A stretch of DNA of 13,009 nucleotides. Origin: a virus. The notes beneath the pieces were generated by a model. It worked only from the letters and a program-made list of their open reading frames with translations. It made no database searches and was not told where the DNA came from. Numbering within the stretch: position 1 is the stretch's first letter; the number at the start of each line of letters is the position of its first letter. The stretch lies in UHGV virus genome UHGV-1799913; one strand, written 5' to 3'. The translations under genes were made by a program, and so were the position numbers. Positions 6,785 through 12,869 of the stretch are shown here, piece by piece.

Positions 6785-6869
6785 GAGGCACAAGAAAAGA
6801 AAAAGCCCTTGAAGCGGTAACTTCAAAGGCCCTTATCACACTGTGTTACGCCAAGTAACGGGAGTAAGT

Positions 6870-7778
6870 ATGTCAAACACCGCTGAAATAATCAATTTCC
6901 CAAATAAAACCGAACAACCGGGAGGTCGTATGGCCGACCTGTCGAACGGGTATACCAAGGTCGCTAACGAGATCCAACAGCTTAAGCCTCGCCTGAGACT
7001 GTCAGGCCGGGAATGGCAATGTTTTGAGGCGGTGATCTGGCTTACCTACGGCTGGAACAAGAAACAGGACCGCGTGACAAATACGGTTATTGCCGAGCTT
7101 ACGGGCCTGAGCGATACGCATGTATCGGACGCGCTTAAGTCTCTCGCAGAACGCAAAATCATCTTTTCACAGAAGCAGGGCATGATGAAAATCGTCGGTG
7201 TAAACACTGACCTTTCAGCATGGATTTTAGACAAACCGGAAACGGGAAGAAAATTCCCGAAAACGGGAAAATCCTTCCCGAAATCAGGAATAACCTTCCC
7301 GAAAACGGTAGACACCCAATACAAGAACAAGAACAGTATTAAAAGATCTTCGTCCGAGAATTCTGACGAATCCTCTGACGCACGTCTGAAGAAATTTTTA
7401 TCAACTCATCCTGAAGCTGCGGTCTACACACCATCCGGTGCGAAGTGGGGCTCTGCTGAAGACCTCGAGACAGCTAAGTGGATTTCCTCCAGGGTGAAGC
7501 TGATTAACCCAACCTGCAAAGCCCCGGACATGACCTCCTGGTCTAACACTGTTCGCCTGATGCGCCAGATAGACAACCGGTCGCACCAGGACATCTGCGC
7601 GCTGTATGACTGGGCTAGCAAACACCACTTCTGGCAGACCAACATCCTGAGTCCCGAAAGCCTGCGTAAGCAGTGGGACAAGCTGACAATGCAGCGTAAC
7701 GCCGGAGGTGAGCAGCGCGCTGTCAAGCCAGATCTGGACTTCAACAACACTGACTGGGCCTATGGGGTGATCCGATGA
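6870..7778 (+). CDS. O: replication initiator protein O-like
   Basis: Start at ATG 6870 (GGAG RBS) inside track ORF 6843..7778. N-terminus MSNTAEIINF..., the LTYGWNK motif and the C-terminal DLDFNNTDWAYGVI resemble lambda O (MTNTAKILNF..., ...TDW.YG at the C-terminus, recalled). Contains the iteron array; stop overlaps the P start (ATGA). Confidence 0.85.
   Translation: MSNTAEIINFPNKTEQPGGRMADLSNGYTKVANEIQQLKPRLRLSGREWQCFEAVIWLTYGWNKKQDRVTNTVIAELTGLSDTHVSDALKSLAERKIIFSQKQGMMKIVGVNTDLSAWILDKPETGRKFPKTGKSFPKSGITFPKTVDTQYKNKNSIKRSSSENSDESSDARLKKFLSTHPEAAVYTPSGAKWGSAEDLETAKWISSRVKLINPTCKAPDMTSWSNTVRLMRQIDNRSHQDICALYDWASKHHFWQTNILSPESLRKQWDKLTMQRNAGGEQRAVKPDLDFNNTDWAYGVIR
7233..7312. repeat. origin-of-replication iterons (ori-lambda-like) inside the O-like gene
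   Basis: Four repeats of a dyad-containing about 17-bp unit at exact 21-bp spacing (starts 7233, 7254, 7275, 7296): aaaccggaaacgggaag / ttcccgaaaacgggaaa / ttcccgaaatcaggaat / ttcccgaaaacggta. Encodes the in-frame peptide repeat FPKTGK/FPKSG/FPKT, as iterons do in lambda O. Confidence 0.7.
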
Positions 7779-8464
7779 AATCTCTTGCAGAGCAGATGCG
7801 TAACCACGACCGCGAGCAGATGAGCCGCATGGCCCATAACCTGCCAGAGCAGTACCAGGAGTGCGCGCCGGTCGAGCAGGTGGCGCAGGTATTCAACAAG
7901 CTGTTCAACGAGCTGCGCGCCGCGTTCCCGGCCAGCATGGCGAACTTCCGCACCCAGGAAGACCTGAACGAATTCCGCCGTCAGTGGCTGCTGGCGTTTC
8001 AGGAGAACGGGATCCACACCATGGCTCAGGTCGATGCCGGCATGCGCATTGCCCGCCGCCAGGAGCGCCCATTCCTGCCGTCGCCGGGCCAGTTCGTCGC
8101 CTGGTGCAAGCAGAGCGGCGGCGCGCTGGGCGTCAACGTTGACCAGGTGATCGCCGAATACTGGGACTGGCGTAACCGCTCGTTCGAATTCATCTCCAGC
8201 GAGCAATTTCCATGGTCGCAGCCGGTCATGTACCACATTTGCGTAGAATTGCGCCACCGCAGCACCGAGCGCCAGTTAACGCATGGTGAACTGGCACGCG
8301 AGGCAGGCGATCTGCTGGACATGTGGGAAAGGCGCGTCACCGAGGGTAAGCCAGTGCCGCCGGTACGCCGGGCTATTGCCGCACCAGCTGCCGAGCAAGG
8401 GCCGACGCCGATCCAGCTGCTGCTGGCCAAGTACAACCGCAACAAGTCGAACGGGATGGTGTGA
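7775..8464 (+). CDS. P: replication protein P-like (DnaB helicase loader)
   Basis: MKSLAEQMRNHDREQMSRMAHNLPEQY...VEQVAQ...FPAS.AN...E.NE.RRQWLLAFQENGI.TMAQV.AGMRIARRQERPFLPSPGQFVAWCKQ is near-collinear with the lambda P N-terminal half (MKNIAAQMVNFDREQMRRIANNMPEQY...RPFLPSPGQFVAWC, recalled). ATGA overlap with the O stop. Confidence 0.9.
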   Translation: MKSLAEQMRNHDREQMSRMAHNLPEQYQECAPVEQVAQVFNKLFNELRAAFPASMANFRTQEDLNEFRRQWLLAFQENGIHTMAQVDAGMRIARRQERPFLPSPGQFVAWCKQSGGALGVNVDQVIAEYWDWRNRSFEFISSEQFPWSQPVMYHICVELRHRSTERQLTHGELAREAGDLLDMWERRVTEGKPVPPVRRAIAAPAAEQGPTPIQLLLAKYNRNKSNGMV

Positions 8465-8465
8465 C

Positions 8466-8810
8466 ATGAACATAACAATCCGTGAGCAGGTGCTGGCAGC
8501 CCTGCGCAACAACCCAGGGTTGAACAACGCCAAACTGGCAGGGCTTATCGGCATGGACACCAAAAAGATATCCGGAACGGTGAGCACGCTGCTGGCAGAC
8601 GGCCTGATCCGCTGCGAAGGAAAATACGGCCAGCGCCTTTACAGCCTGACCAGCTACGGAATGCGCTTCGCCCCTGACACGATACCTGGCATGAAGCAGG
8701 GTAAGTCGAAGTTAATTCAGCGGACGGACACAAACGTGATCTGCCAGGAGTGCCGCAACAGCGCGGCTATGAAGCGTGTATTGATGGTTTGGGGGAGGGT
8801 AGGGGTATGA
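8466..8810 (+). CDS. small winged-helix-type DNA-binding protein (114 aa), nin-region gene
   Basis: Start at ATG 8466 (MNITIREQVLAALRNNPGLNNAKLAGLIGMDTKKISGTVSTLLADGLIRCEG...) inside track ORF 8283..8810. The helix-turn-wing pattern resembles MarR-like winged-helix proteins; the start sits 2 nt after the P stop. Confidence 0.5.
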   Translation: MNITIREQVLAALRNNPGLNNAKLAGLIGMDTKKISGTVSTLLADGLIRCEGKYGQRLYSLTSYGMRFAPDTIPGMKQGKSKLIQRTDTNVICQECRNSAAMKRVLMVWGRVGV

Positions 8811-9403
8811 AATTATTTGAGATGGAAGGTTTTCTGCGTGGCAAGTGCATTCCACGCGATCTGAAGGTTAACGAAACCAACGCCGAGTATCTTGTGCGTA
8901 AATTTGCTGAAGCGGAGGCAAAGTGCGCGGCGCTGGCAGCGGAGAATGCGGAGCTGAAACACGCAATGGCCGTAACTCTTGAGCATGTGTCGGTCACGGA
9001 TGCAGGGCAGGCTGGTGTTGCTGCAATGATTATCAACGATGCCCTACACCACAGCGAAACCCCAGCCACCGACGCTTTCCTTGCTGAAGTACTGGCGCAG
9101 GGGGTGAAATCGCCATCCAATGCCGTTCAGTCAGTAATTGCAGAGCGTCAACGCCATCAATCAGCTGAGGGATGGACGCCTGAGCATGATGACCAGTACA
9201 GCAAATCGCAGTTACTGTGGGCATCCTCATGCTACGTACTGAATGCCATCCATCCATTTAACCGCATTCCATTTGACTGGCCGTGGACACCAGAATGGTG
9301 GAAGCCGACAAATCCACGCCGTGACCTTGTGAAAGCTGGCGCACTTATTCTGGCTGAACTTGAAAGAATTGACCGCGCCGCTGGCATCGGTAAGGGGGAA
9401 TGA
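8807..9403 (+). CDS. phage protein with N-terminal coiled coil and a C-terminal domain resembling DUF550 / dATP-dGTP pyrophosphohydrolase-like proteins
   Basis: Start at ATG 8807 (MKLFEMEGFLRG...) after a G-rich RBS, overlapping the upstream stop. The C-terminal WTPEHDDQYSKSQLLWASSCYVLNAIHPFNRIPFDWPWTPEWW is reminiscent of the DUF550 family common in enterobacterial prophage nin regions; family assignment is from memory only. Confidence 0.45.
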   Translation: MKLFEMEGFLRGKCIPRDLKVNETNAEYLVRKFAEAEAKCAALAAENAELKHAMAVTLEHVSVTDAGQAGVAAMIINDALHHSETPATDAFLAEVLAQGVKSPSNAVQSVIAERQRHQSAEGWTPEHDDQYSKSQLLWASSCYVLNAIHPFNRIPFDWPWTPEWWKPTNPRRDLVKAGALILAELERIDRAAGIGKGE

Positions 9404-9648
9404 TGGGTAAGGTAACTTTTGTCGTCGATTTCAAGGATGGTGAAGAGCCAGCGGTATCAGCGGCAACCGAGATTCTGGGTGGTCGTCTTTCTTCTGTTTT
9501 ATGGGCCGACTATCGCGATGATTTTTTCACCGAAGAAGAGGTCGATATGGTTCGTTCTGCGTTCGATGATGTGGCGCTGACTACTTCTGAAGATGAGGAA
9601 GAATCACAAGCTGAAATCATCAAGAAAATGGAGCTTATGACGCTATGA
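9400..9648 (+). CDS. small acidic phage protein (82 aa)
   Basis: Track ORF; many D/E residues (TSEDEEESQAEIIKK, FTEEEVDMVRSAFDD); ATGA overlap with both neighbours. Confidence 0.5.
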   Translation: MMGKVTFVVDFKDGEEPAVSAATEILGGRLSSVLWADYRDDFFTEEEVDMVRSAFDDVALTTSEDEEESQAEIIKKMELMTL

Positions 9649-9923
9649 CCACTATTACCAGAGAGCTTATCGCCGCATATCTTAACGGTGAAGTTAAAAC
9701 GCTCACTAACAGCGAACAGAAAGAGCTGGCGCGTATCGCGCTGGCATCGCTTGAGGATGAAATAAAACTACTCCCTGTAGGGGTTATGAGCGAGTCAGCC
9801 TTTTATAGGCTTGAACGCAGCGAGTCACGTTTTATTGCGCTGTGGCCTCGTCCTGGTATCTTTTTGCCGCGCCCGCGTCCAGATGATGGCGTTATCGTTT
9901 ATGCAAAGGTTGAGGGGGCGTGA
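9645..9923 (+). CDS. hypothetical phage protein (92 aa)
   Basis: Track ORF; translationally coupled (ATGA) to the flanking genes. No family recognised. Confidence 0.5.
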   Translation: MTTITRELIAAYLNGEVKTLTNSEQKELARIALASLEDEIKLLPVGVMSESAFYRLERSESRFIALWPRPGIFLPRPRPDDGVIVYAKVEGA

Positions 9924-10231
9924 TGGCTAGCCTACTCAACTTCCTCGGCATAGATTCCCGGCGTAGCAGCGTGACTCTCGTTGAATACAAATATGACCCA
10001 GAGGCGCGAGAGAAGGTCTCAAAGTATCTCGTCAGGCATACGTCCAGCTTTCGCGGAACAACGCTGGAGCAATACGTCACCGTAGAGCGCGACCGTTATG
10101 GCGCATTCAAACCTGTAGTCGCGCTGGACGATTTCCCCAGCGGTATGAGTGACAGGGAGTCAATGCTGAAACTGGCCGATTGGCTGCATCGCCTTGGCGT
10201 AGCGATTGAAGATGAATGGAGTACACCATGA
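9920..10231 (+). CDS. hypothetical phage protein (103 aa)
   Basis: Track ORF; translationally coupled (ATGA) to the flanking genes. No family recognised. Confidence 0.5.
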   Translation: MMASLLNFLGIDSRRSSVTLVEYKYDPEAREKVSKYLVRHTSSFRGTTLEQYVTVERDRYGAFKPVVALDDFPSGMSDRESMLKLADWLHRLGVAIEDEWSTP

Positions 10232-10359
10232 AAACTAACAACCACCCGGCGCACGGCCCTGTATCACTCGATCGCCTGCACCAGATAAGCGAAATACTCA
10301 GCAAAGCAGCAGCGCAAAGCGACGGCGGTAATCTCGGCTACGCAATGGCAGGTGATTGA
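10228..10359 (+). CDS. hypothetical small protein (43 aa), last gene of the coupled chain
   Basis: Hand-translated MKTNNHPAHGPVSLDRLHQISEILSKAAAQSDGGNLGYAMAGD. ATG overlaps the upstream stop (ATGA). Below the track cutoff; no other support. Confidence 0.3.
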   Translation: MKTNNHPAHGPVSLDRLHQISEILSKAAAQSDGGNLGYAMAGD

Positions 10360-10420
10360 TGAAGTTTTAGCAGGTAGGAATGCGGTGCGGGTAGAGCCAA
10401 ATTTGATGTATAAAACGAAG

Positions 10421-10447
10421 AAGGGGCCGACATTTGTCGACCCCTTA
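10421..10447 (-). terminator. stem-loop terminator candidate at the 3' end of the tRNA-like element
   Basis: Minus strand AAGGGGTCGACAAATGTCGGCCCCTT (10-bp stem with one mismatch) followed by a T-rich tract CTTCGTTTTAT. It could also act on plus-strand read-through from the upstream operon. Confidence 0.4.
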
Positions 10448-10539
10448 AATAGGGTGCGGGGTTCGAACCCGCGGTACGGGTTTATAGCCCGTACGCCTCA
10501 TTATCAGTGAGGTGCCATCAACCACTCGGCCAACCCTCC
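10448..10539 (-). tRNA. tRNA-like element, type II (long variable arm), anticodon GAU by fold; imperfect acceptor stem, no encoded CCA; possible pseudogene or non-canonical phage tRNA
   Basis: Minus strand GGAGGGT-TG-GCC-GAGTGGTTGAT-GGC-A-CCTCA-CTGATAA-TGAGG-CGTACGGGCTATAAACCCGTACC-GCGGG-TTCGAAC-CCCGC-ACCCTAT. Cloverleaf has a canonical T-arm (GGTTCGAAC) and Ser/Leu-like D-loop (GCCGAGTGGTTGA), a 7-bp variable-arm hairpin, and a 5-bp anticodon stem with loop CU-GAU-AA. The acceptor has a G2-A71 mismatch and a G1-U72 pair. Confidence 0.5.
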
Positions 10540-10629
10540 GTTGTACCTTGCAAGCAAGGGGTGAAAGAAATATAGCATTATGATTTAAAAAATAAAGTGA
10601 ATTATCATCGAATAACATTACCAAAAATA

Positions 10630-10680
10630 GCCATGACCACACTTTTCTTTTGTATAATCCCTCCCAAAGTATCGAGGGGG
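10630..10680 (+). promoter_or_regulatory. putative promoter (extended -10 TGTATAAT) with adjacent inverted repeat
   Basis: tgtataat at 10651-10658 followed directly by ccctccc-N-gaggggg (10659-10680), then AAGGAGAAG RBS and the GTG start at 10702. Confidence 0.35.
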
Positions 10681-10701
10681 ACTCATCAAGGAGAAGATAA
10701 A

Positions 10702-11043
10702 GTGAAATATTTGGCGATCACGTTGTTAGGAATTGGCTTTCTTATGCCCCATGCCGTTGAAGCAAAGGAATATGTATGCTCTGGAATAGCAAGGAGTATG
10801 ACCTCAAATGAAGTAAAATCCGGCGAAGTAAAGGCAAATATAACTGACATCGGAAATTCAATAACAGTTAACTTTGGGACCATTTCTTACACCACAAGCA
10901 AGATTAGGCCAGAAAAACCGGAAGGAAAGACATACCCATCTGGTGCGACTAAAGAGGGCAATATTATACAAAGACGTGGAGATGGTGATTACCGATTCTT
11001 TCAAATGTCTCAGGGTGATGTAGTGCAATTTACCTGCAAATAA
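10702..11043 (+). CDS. small secreted/periplasmic protein (113 aa) with Sec signal peptide; moron-type cargo gene
   Basis: GTG start at 10702 after AAGGAGAAG inside track ORF 10597..11043. N-terminus MKYLAITLLGIGFLMPHAVEA-KE has a hydrophobic core and an AxA cleavage motif. Mature protein has two Cys (YVCSG, FTCK). AT-rich codon usage by eye. Confidence 0.55.
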   Translation: MKYLAITLLGIGFLMPHAVEAKEYVCSGIARSMTSNEVKSGEVKANITDIGNSITVNFGTISYTTSKIRPEKPEGKTYPSGATKEGNIIQRRGDGDYRFFQMSQGDVVQFTCK

Positions 11044-11142
11044 AATTGAACGAATTTCAACCAGGTTAGGCGGTTTTTATTTTTGGCTGTGCCCCCGTTC
11101 GCTGTAGCACTGGTGAGGGCTAACCTGCCGGAACTATGCCAG

Positions 11143-11198
11143 TCGAAACAAATCGCGGCCTGACCTATAATCCCCTCCATAACTCAAGGGGATTTTTT
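11143..11198 (+). promoter_or_regulatory. putative promoter (-10 TATAAT at 11166-11171) with 7-bp inverted repeat sequestering the SD
   Basis: tataat followed by ATCCCCT-N10-AGGGGAT (11170-11193), then TTTTTT and the ATG at 11199. The AGGGGA arm is also the only SD-like element for the downstream gene. Confidence 0.35.
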
Positions 11199-11381
11199 AT
11201 GTCAAACGAAGAAATGACACCTGCCGAAAAATACAAAGCGGCGAGGAAGCGATATAAAAAACACTGGCTTCAATCCGATATAGCAAACGCTAAGCGCTTT
11301 GAGGCTGATGATGTGGCCCCTGTAGATGGTTACAGGTCTCCTTACGAAACGAGGAAAAAAAGAGGGAGAACAGCAGATTAA
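11199..11381 (+). CDS. small basic protein (60 aa), first gene of the moron cassette
   Basis: Start at ATG 11199 inside track ORF 11136..11381: [25 protein letters not shown]...RKKRGRTAD, Lys/Arg-rich. Stop overlaps the next start (TAATG). Confidence 0.45.
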   Translation: MSNEEMTPAEKYKAARKRYKKHWLQSDIANAKRFEADDVAPVDGYRSPYETRKKRGRTAD

Positions 11382-11635
11382 TGTCACATTTTAATATCGC
11401 AGAAAAATCGAAAGAAGAGCAGGACAAGGCTAACGTGGACCTGGCTGCCAGTGGCGTAGCGTACAAAGAGCGCCTGAACATGCCGGTTATCGCTGAGGTG
11501 GTGATGCGTGAGCAGCCCGAGCATTTGCGTGATTACTTCCTTGAGCGTCTGAAGTTTTATCGCGAGAAGTCGATAGATTTACCAAGGGCATCCGATCCGC
11601 GGTACATGGAAATGGCTGATTCTAATAAAAAATAA
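11381..11635 (+). CDS. hypothetical protein (84 aa)
   Basis: Track ORF; start coupled to the upstream stop. No family recognised. Confidence 0.5.
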   Translation: MSHFNIAEKSKEEQDKANVDLAASGVAYKERLNMPVIAEVVMREQPEHLRDYFLERLKFYREKSIDLPRASDPRYMEMADSNKK

Positions 11636-11686
11636 GCCCTAACGTGTTGATGACCTTATCAGACCTAAACAGGAGGTTTTTCTAAA

Positions 11687-12226
11687 GTGATTAATATCAT
11701 TGTTGATTCCAATGCTTGGAATTTTTTACATGTGAGTGGGATCTCCTTAAGCAACGAGCTTCTTAGCGATTATAACTTTCAGATAACATTAGAGGTGTCT
11801 CGTGAATTGCAGGAGTTAGTGGGCAAGGAAGGGAAGGAAGCTCTTTATGAATTCTTTGTAAGTGAGACTCAGTCGCTTGAAGAGCCCTTATGCTATTTTG
11901 GTTTTTACAATGAGTCAGTGCCTGCTGATGAACAGCGGTTTGGTGGATTTGGTGTTGGCGGGTTCGCATCTGTTCATCAAGATGATTATTTTCAGAAAAC
12001 ATTCCGCCAAATAAAATCATCAAAGCGTGGTATTTATTATGGCAATGAAGCTGACATGCTGATCGGGTCAAGAGGAATTGGGAACACTTTCATACTAACA
12101 GAAGATAATAATAAGTCAGGCCCGATGAAAGAGGCTGAGAACACTATCTTTGTTTCAAGAAAATTTCCTATGACTGTGGAGCAGTTTAAGGAATATCTTG
12201 ATCTTGAAATCTCAAAAACTCTTTAG
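11687..12226 (+). CDS. hypothetical protein (179 aa) with possible PIN-like nuclease motifs
   Basis: GTG start 10 nt after AGGAGG. N-terminal hydrophobic strand with Asp (IIVDSNAW), a downstream Glu-containing helix (TLEVSRELQEL), and a C-terminal NEADMLIGSRGIGNTFILTED segment recalling the VapC/PIN pattern (D...E...D...T-x-D). Assignment is motif-level inference only. AT-rich by eye. Confidence 0.5.
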   Translation: MINIIVDSNAWNFLHVSGISLSNELLSDYNFQITLEVSRELQELVGKEGKEALYEFFVSETQSLEEPLCYFGFYNESVPADEQRFGGFGVGGFASVHQDDYFQKTFRQIKSSKRGIYYGNEADMLIGSRGIGNTFILTEDNNKSGPMKEAENTIFVSRKFPMTVEQFKEYLDLEISKTL

Positions 12227-12302
12227 TTACTGCGCTTTGATTTTTCATAATCACTCCGCCATAATCATGTCATCGGAGCCTGAACAACTCCGGTGACTTC
12301 TT

Positions 12303-12326
12303 CGCATTTAAGGGGACTTAAATGCG
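12303..12326. repeat. perfect 10-bp inverted repeat with 4-nt loop
   Basis: cgcatttaag-ggga-cttaaatgcg (12303-12326), no T-tract on either side; lies at the junction between the AT-rich cassette and the NinB-like gene. Confidence 0.6.
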
Positions 12327-12413
12327 ACCACAATCTGAACTCATCGCCTTGTCACAGATGCAGACATGCACCTGCGATTTTCTGCATTCTGCGGTTTCCG
12401 TTAAGGAGGCCGT

Positions 12414-12869
12414 ATGACTCTGCCAGCAGACGGCATCAAACTCCATCGCGGCAACTTCGCGGCCATTGGCCAGCAGATTCAGCCATTGCTGGATGCCGGG
12501 CAATGCTTCCGCCTGCAAGTCAAACCGTGGCGCGAGAAGCGCAGCCTGTCGCAGAACGCGCTCAGCCACATGTGGTACACGGAAATTAGCGAGTACCTCA
12601 TCGCCCGCGGCAAGACCTTCGCTACGCCTGAGTGGGTCAAAGACGCGATGAAGCACACCTATCTCGGCTATGAGAGTAAAGACCGGGTAGACGTCGTGTC
12701 CGGAGAGGTGACCACAGTTCAATCTCTCCGCCATACCGCCGATCTGGAAACCGGCGAGATGTACATTTTCCTGTGCAAAGTCGAAGCCTGGGCGATGAAC
12801 ATCGGCTGTCACCTGACCATCCCGCAGAGCTGCGAGTACCAGCAGCTGCGCGATAAGCAGGAGGCCTGA
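12414..12869 (+). CDS. ninB: NinB-like recombination protein (Orf family)
   Basis: AAGGAGG RBS before the ATG. KPWREKRSLSQNALSHMWY resembles the NinB signature around RSLDQN..LW in lambda NinB (recalled). Position in the nin region downstream of P. Confidence 0.7.
   Translation: MTLPADGIKLHRGNFAAIGQQIQPLLDAGQCFRLQVKPWREKRSLSQNALSHMWYTEISEYLIARGKTFATPEWVKDAMKHTYLGYESKDRVDVVSGEVTTVQSLRHTADLETGEMYIFLCKVEAWAMNIGCHLTIPQSCEYQQLRDKQEA

Noticed and set aside
6174-6826. Minus-strand ORFs 6174..6545, 6292..6600, 6326..6826
   Set aside because: Antisense to the YdaT-like gene, which has family similarity and an RBS on the plus strand.
6785-6869. Imperfect hairpin (cccttgaag...cttcaaagg) between the YdaT-like and O-like genes as a tR1-type terminator or nutR
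   Set aside because: The stem has a bulge and no T-tract, and it does not resemble the palindrome in the leftward leader as paired nut sites would; too weak to call.
7233-7312. Possible CRISPR array (short direct repeats)
   Set aside because: Only four repeats, 21-bp period with no unique spacers of CRISPR size, internally palindromic and in frame inside the O-like gene; this is an iteron-type origin, not CRISPR.
7046-8587. ORFs 7046..7330 (-), 7401..7628 (-), 7424..7750 (-), 7741..7953 (-), 7760..8257 (-), 7861..8142 (+), 8026..8478 (-), 8276..8587 (-)
   Set aside because: They lie within or antisense to the O-like and P-like genes, which are strongly supported by similarity to lambda O and P.
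10448-10539. tRNA-like element interpreted as the prophage attachment site
   Set aside because: It lies in the middle of the early region between the replication genes and ninB, not at a prophage end, and no integrase is adjacent. A remnant of a secondary insertion target is still possible, so it is kept as a finding rather than called att.
11044-11100. T-rich tract (ggtttttatttttgg) after the secreted-protein gene as an intrinsic terminator
   Set aside because: I could not find a convincing GC-rich stem immediately upstream of the T-run.
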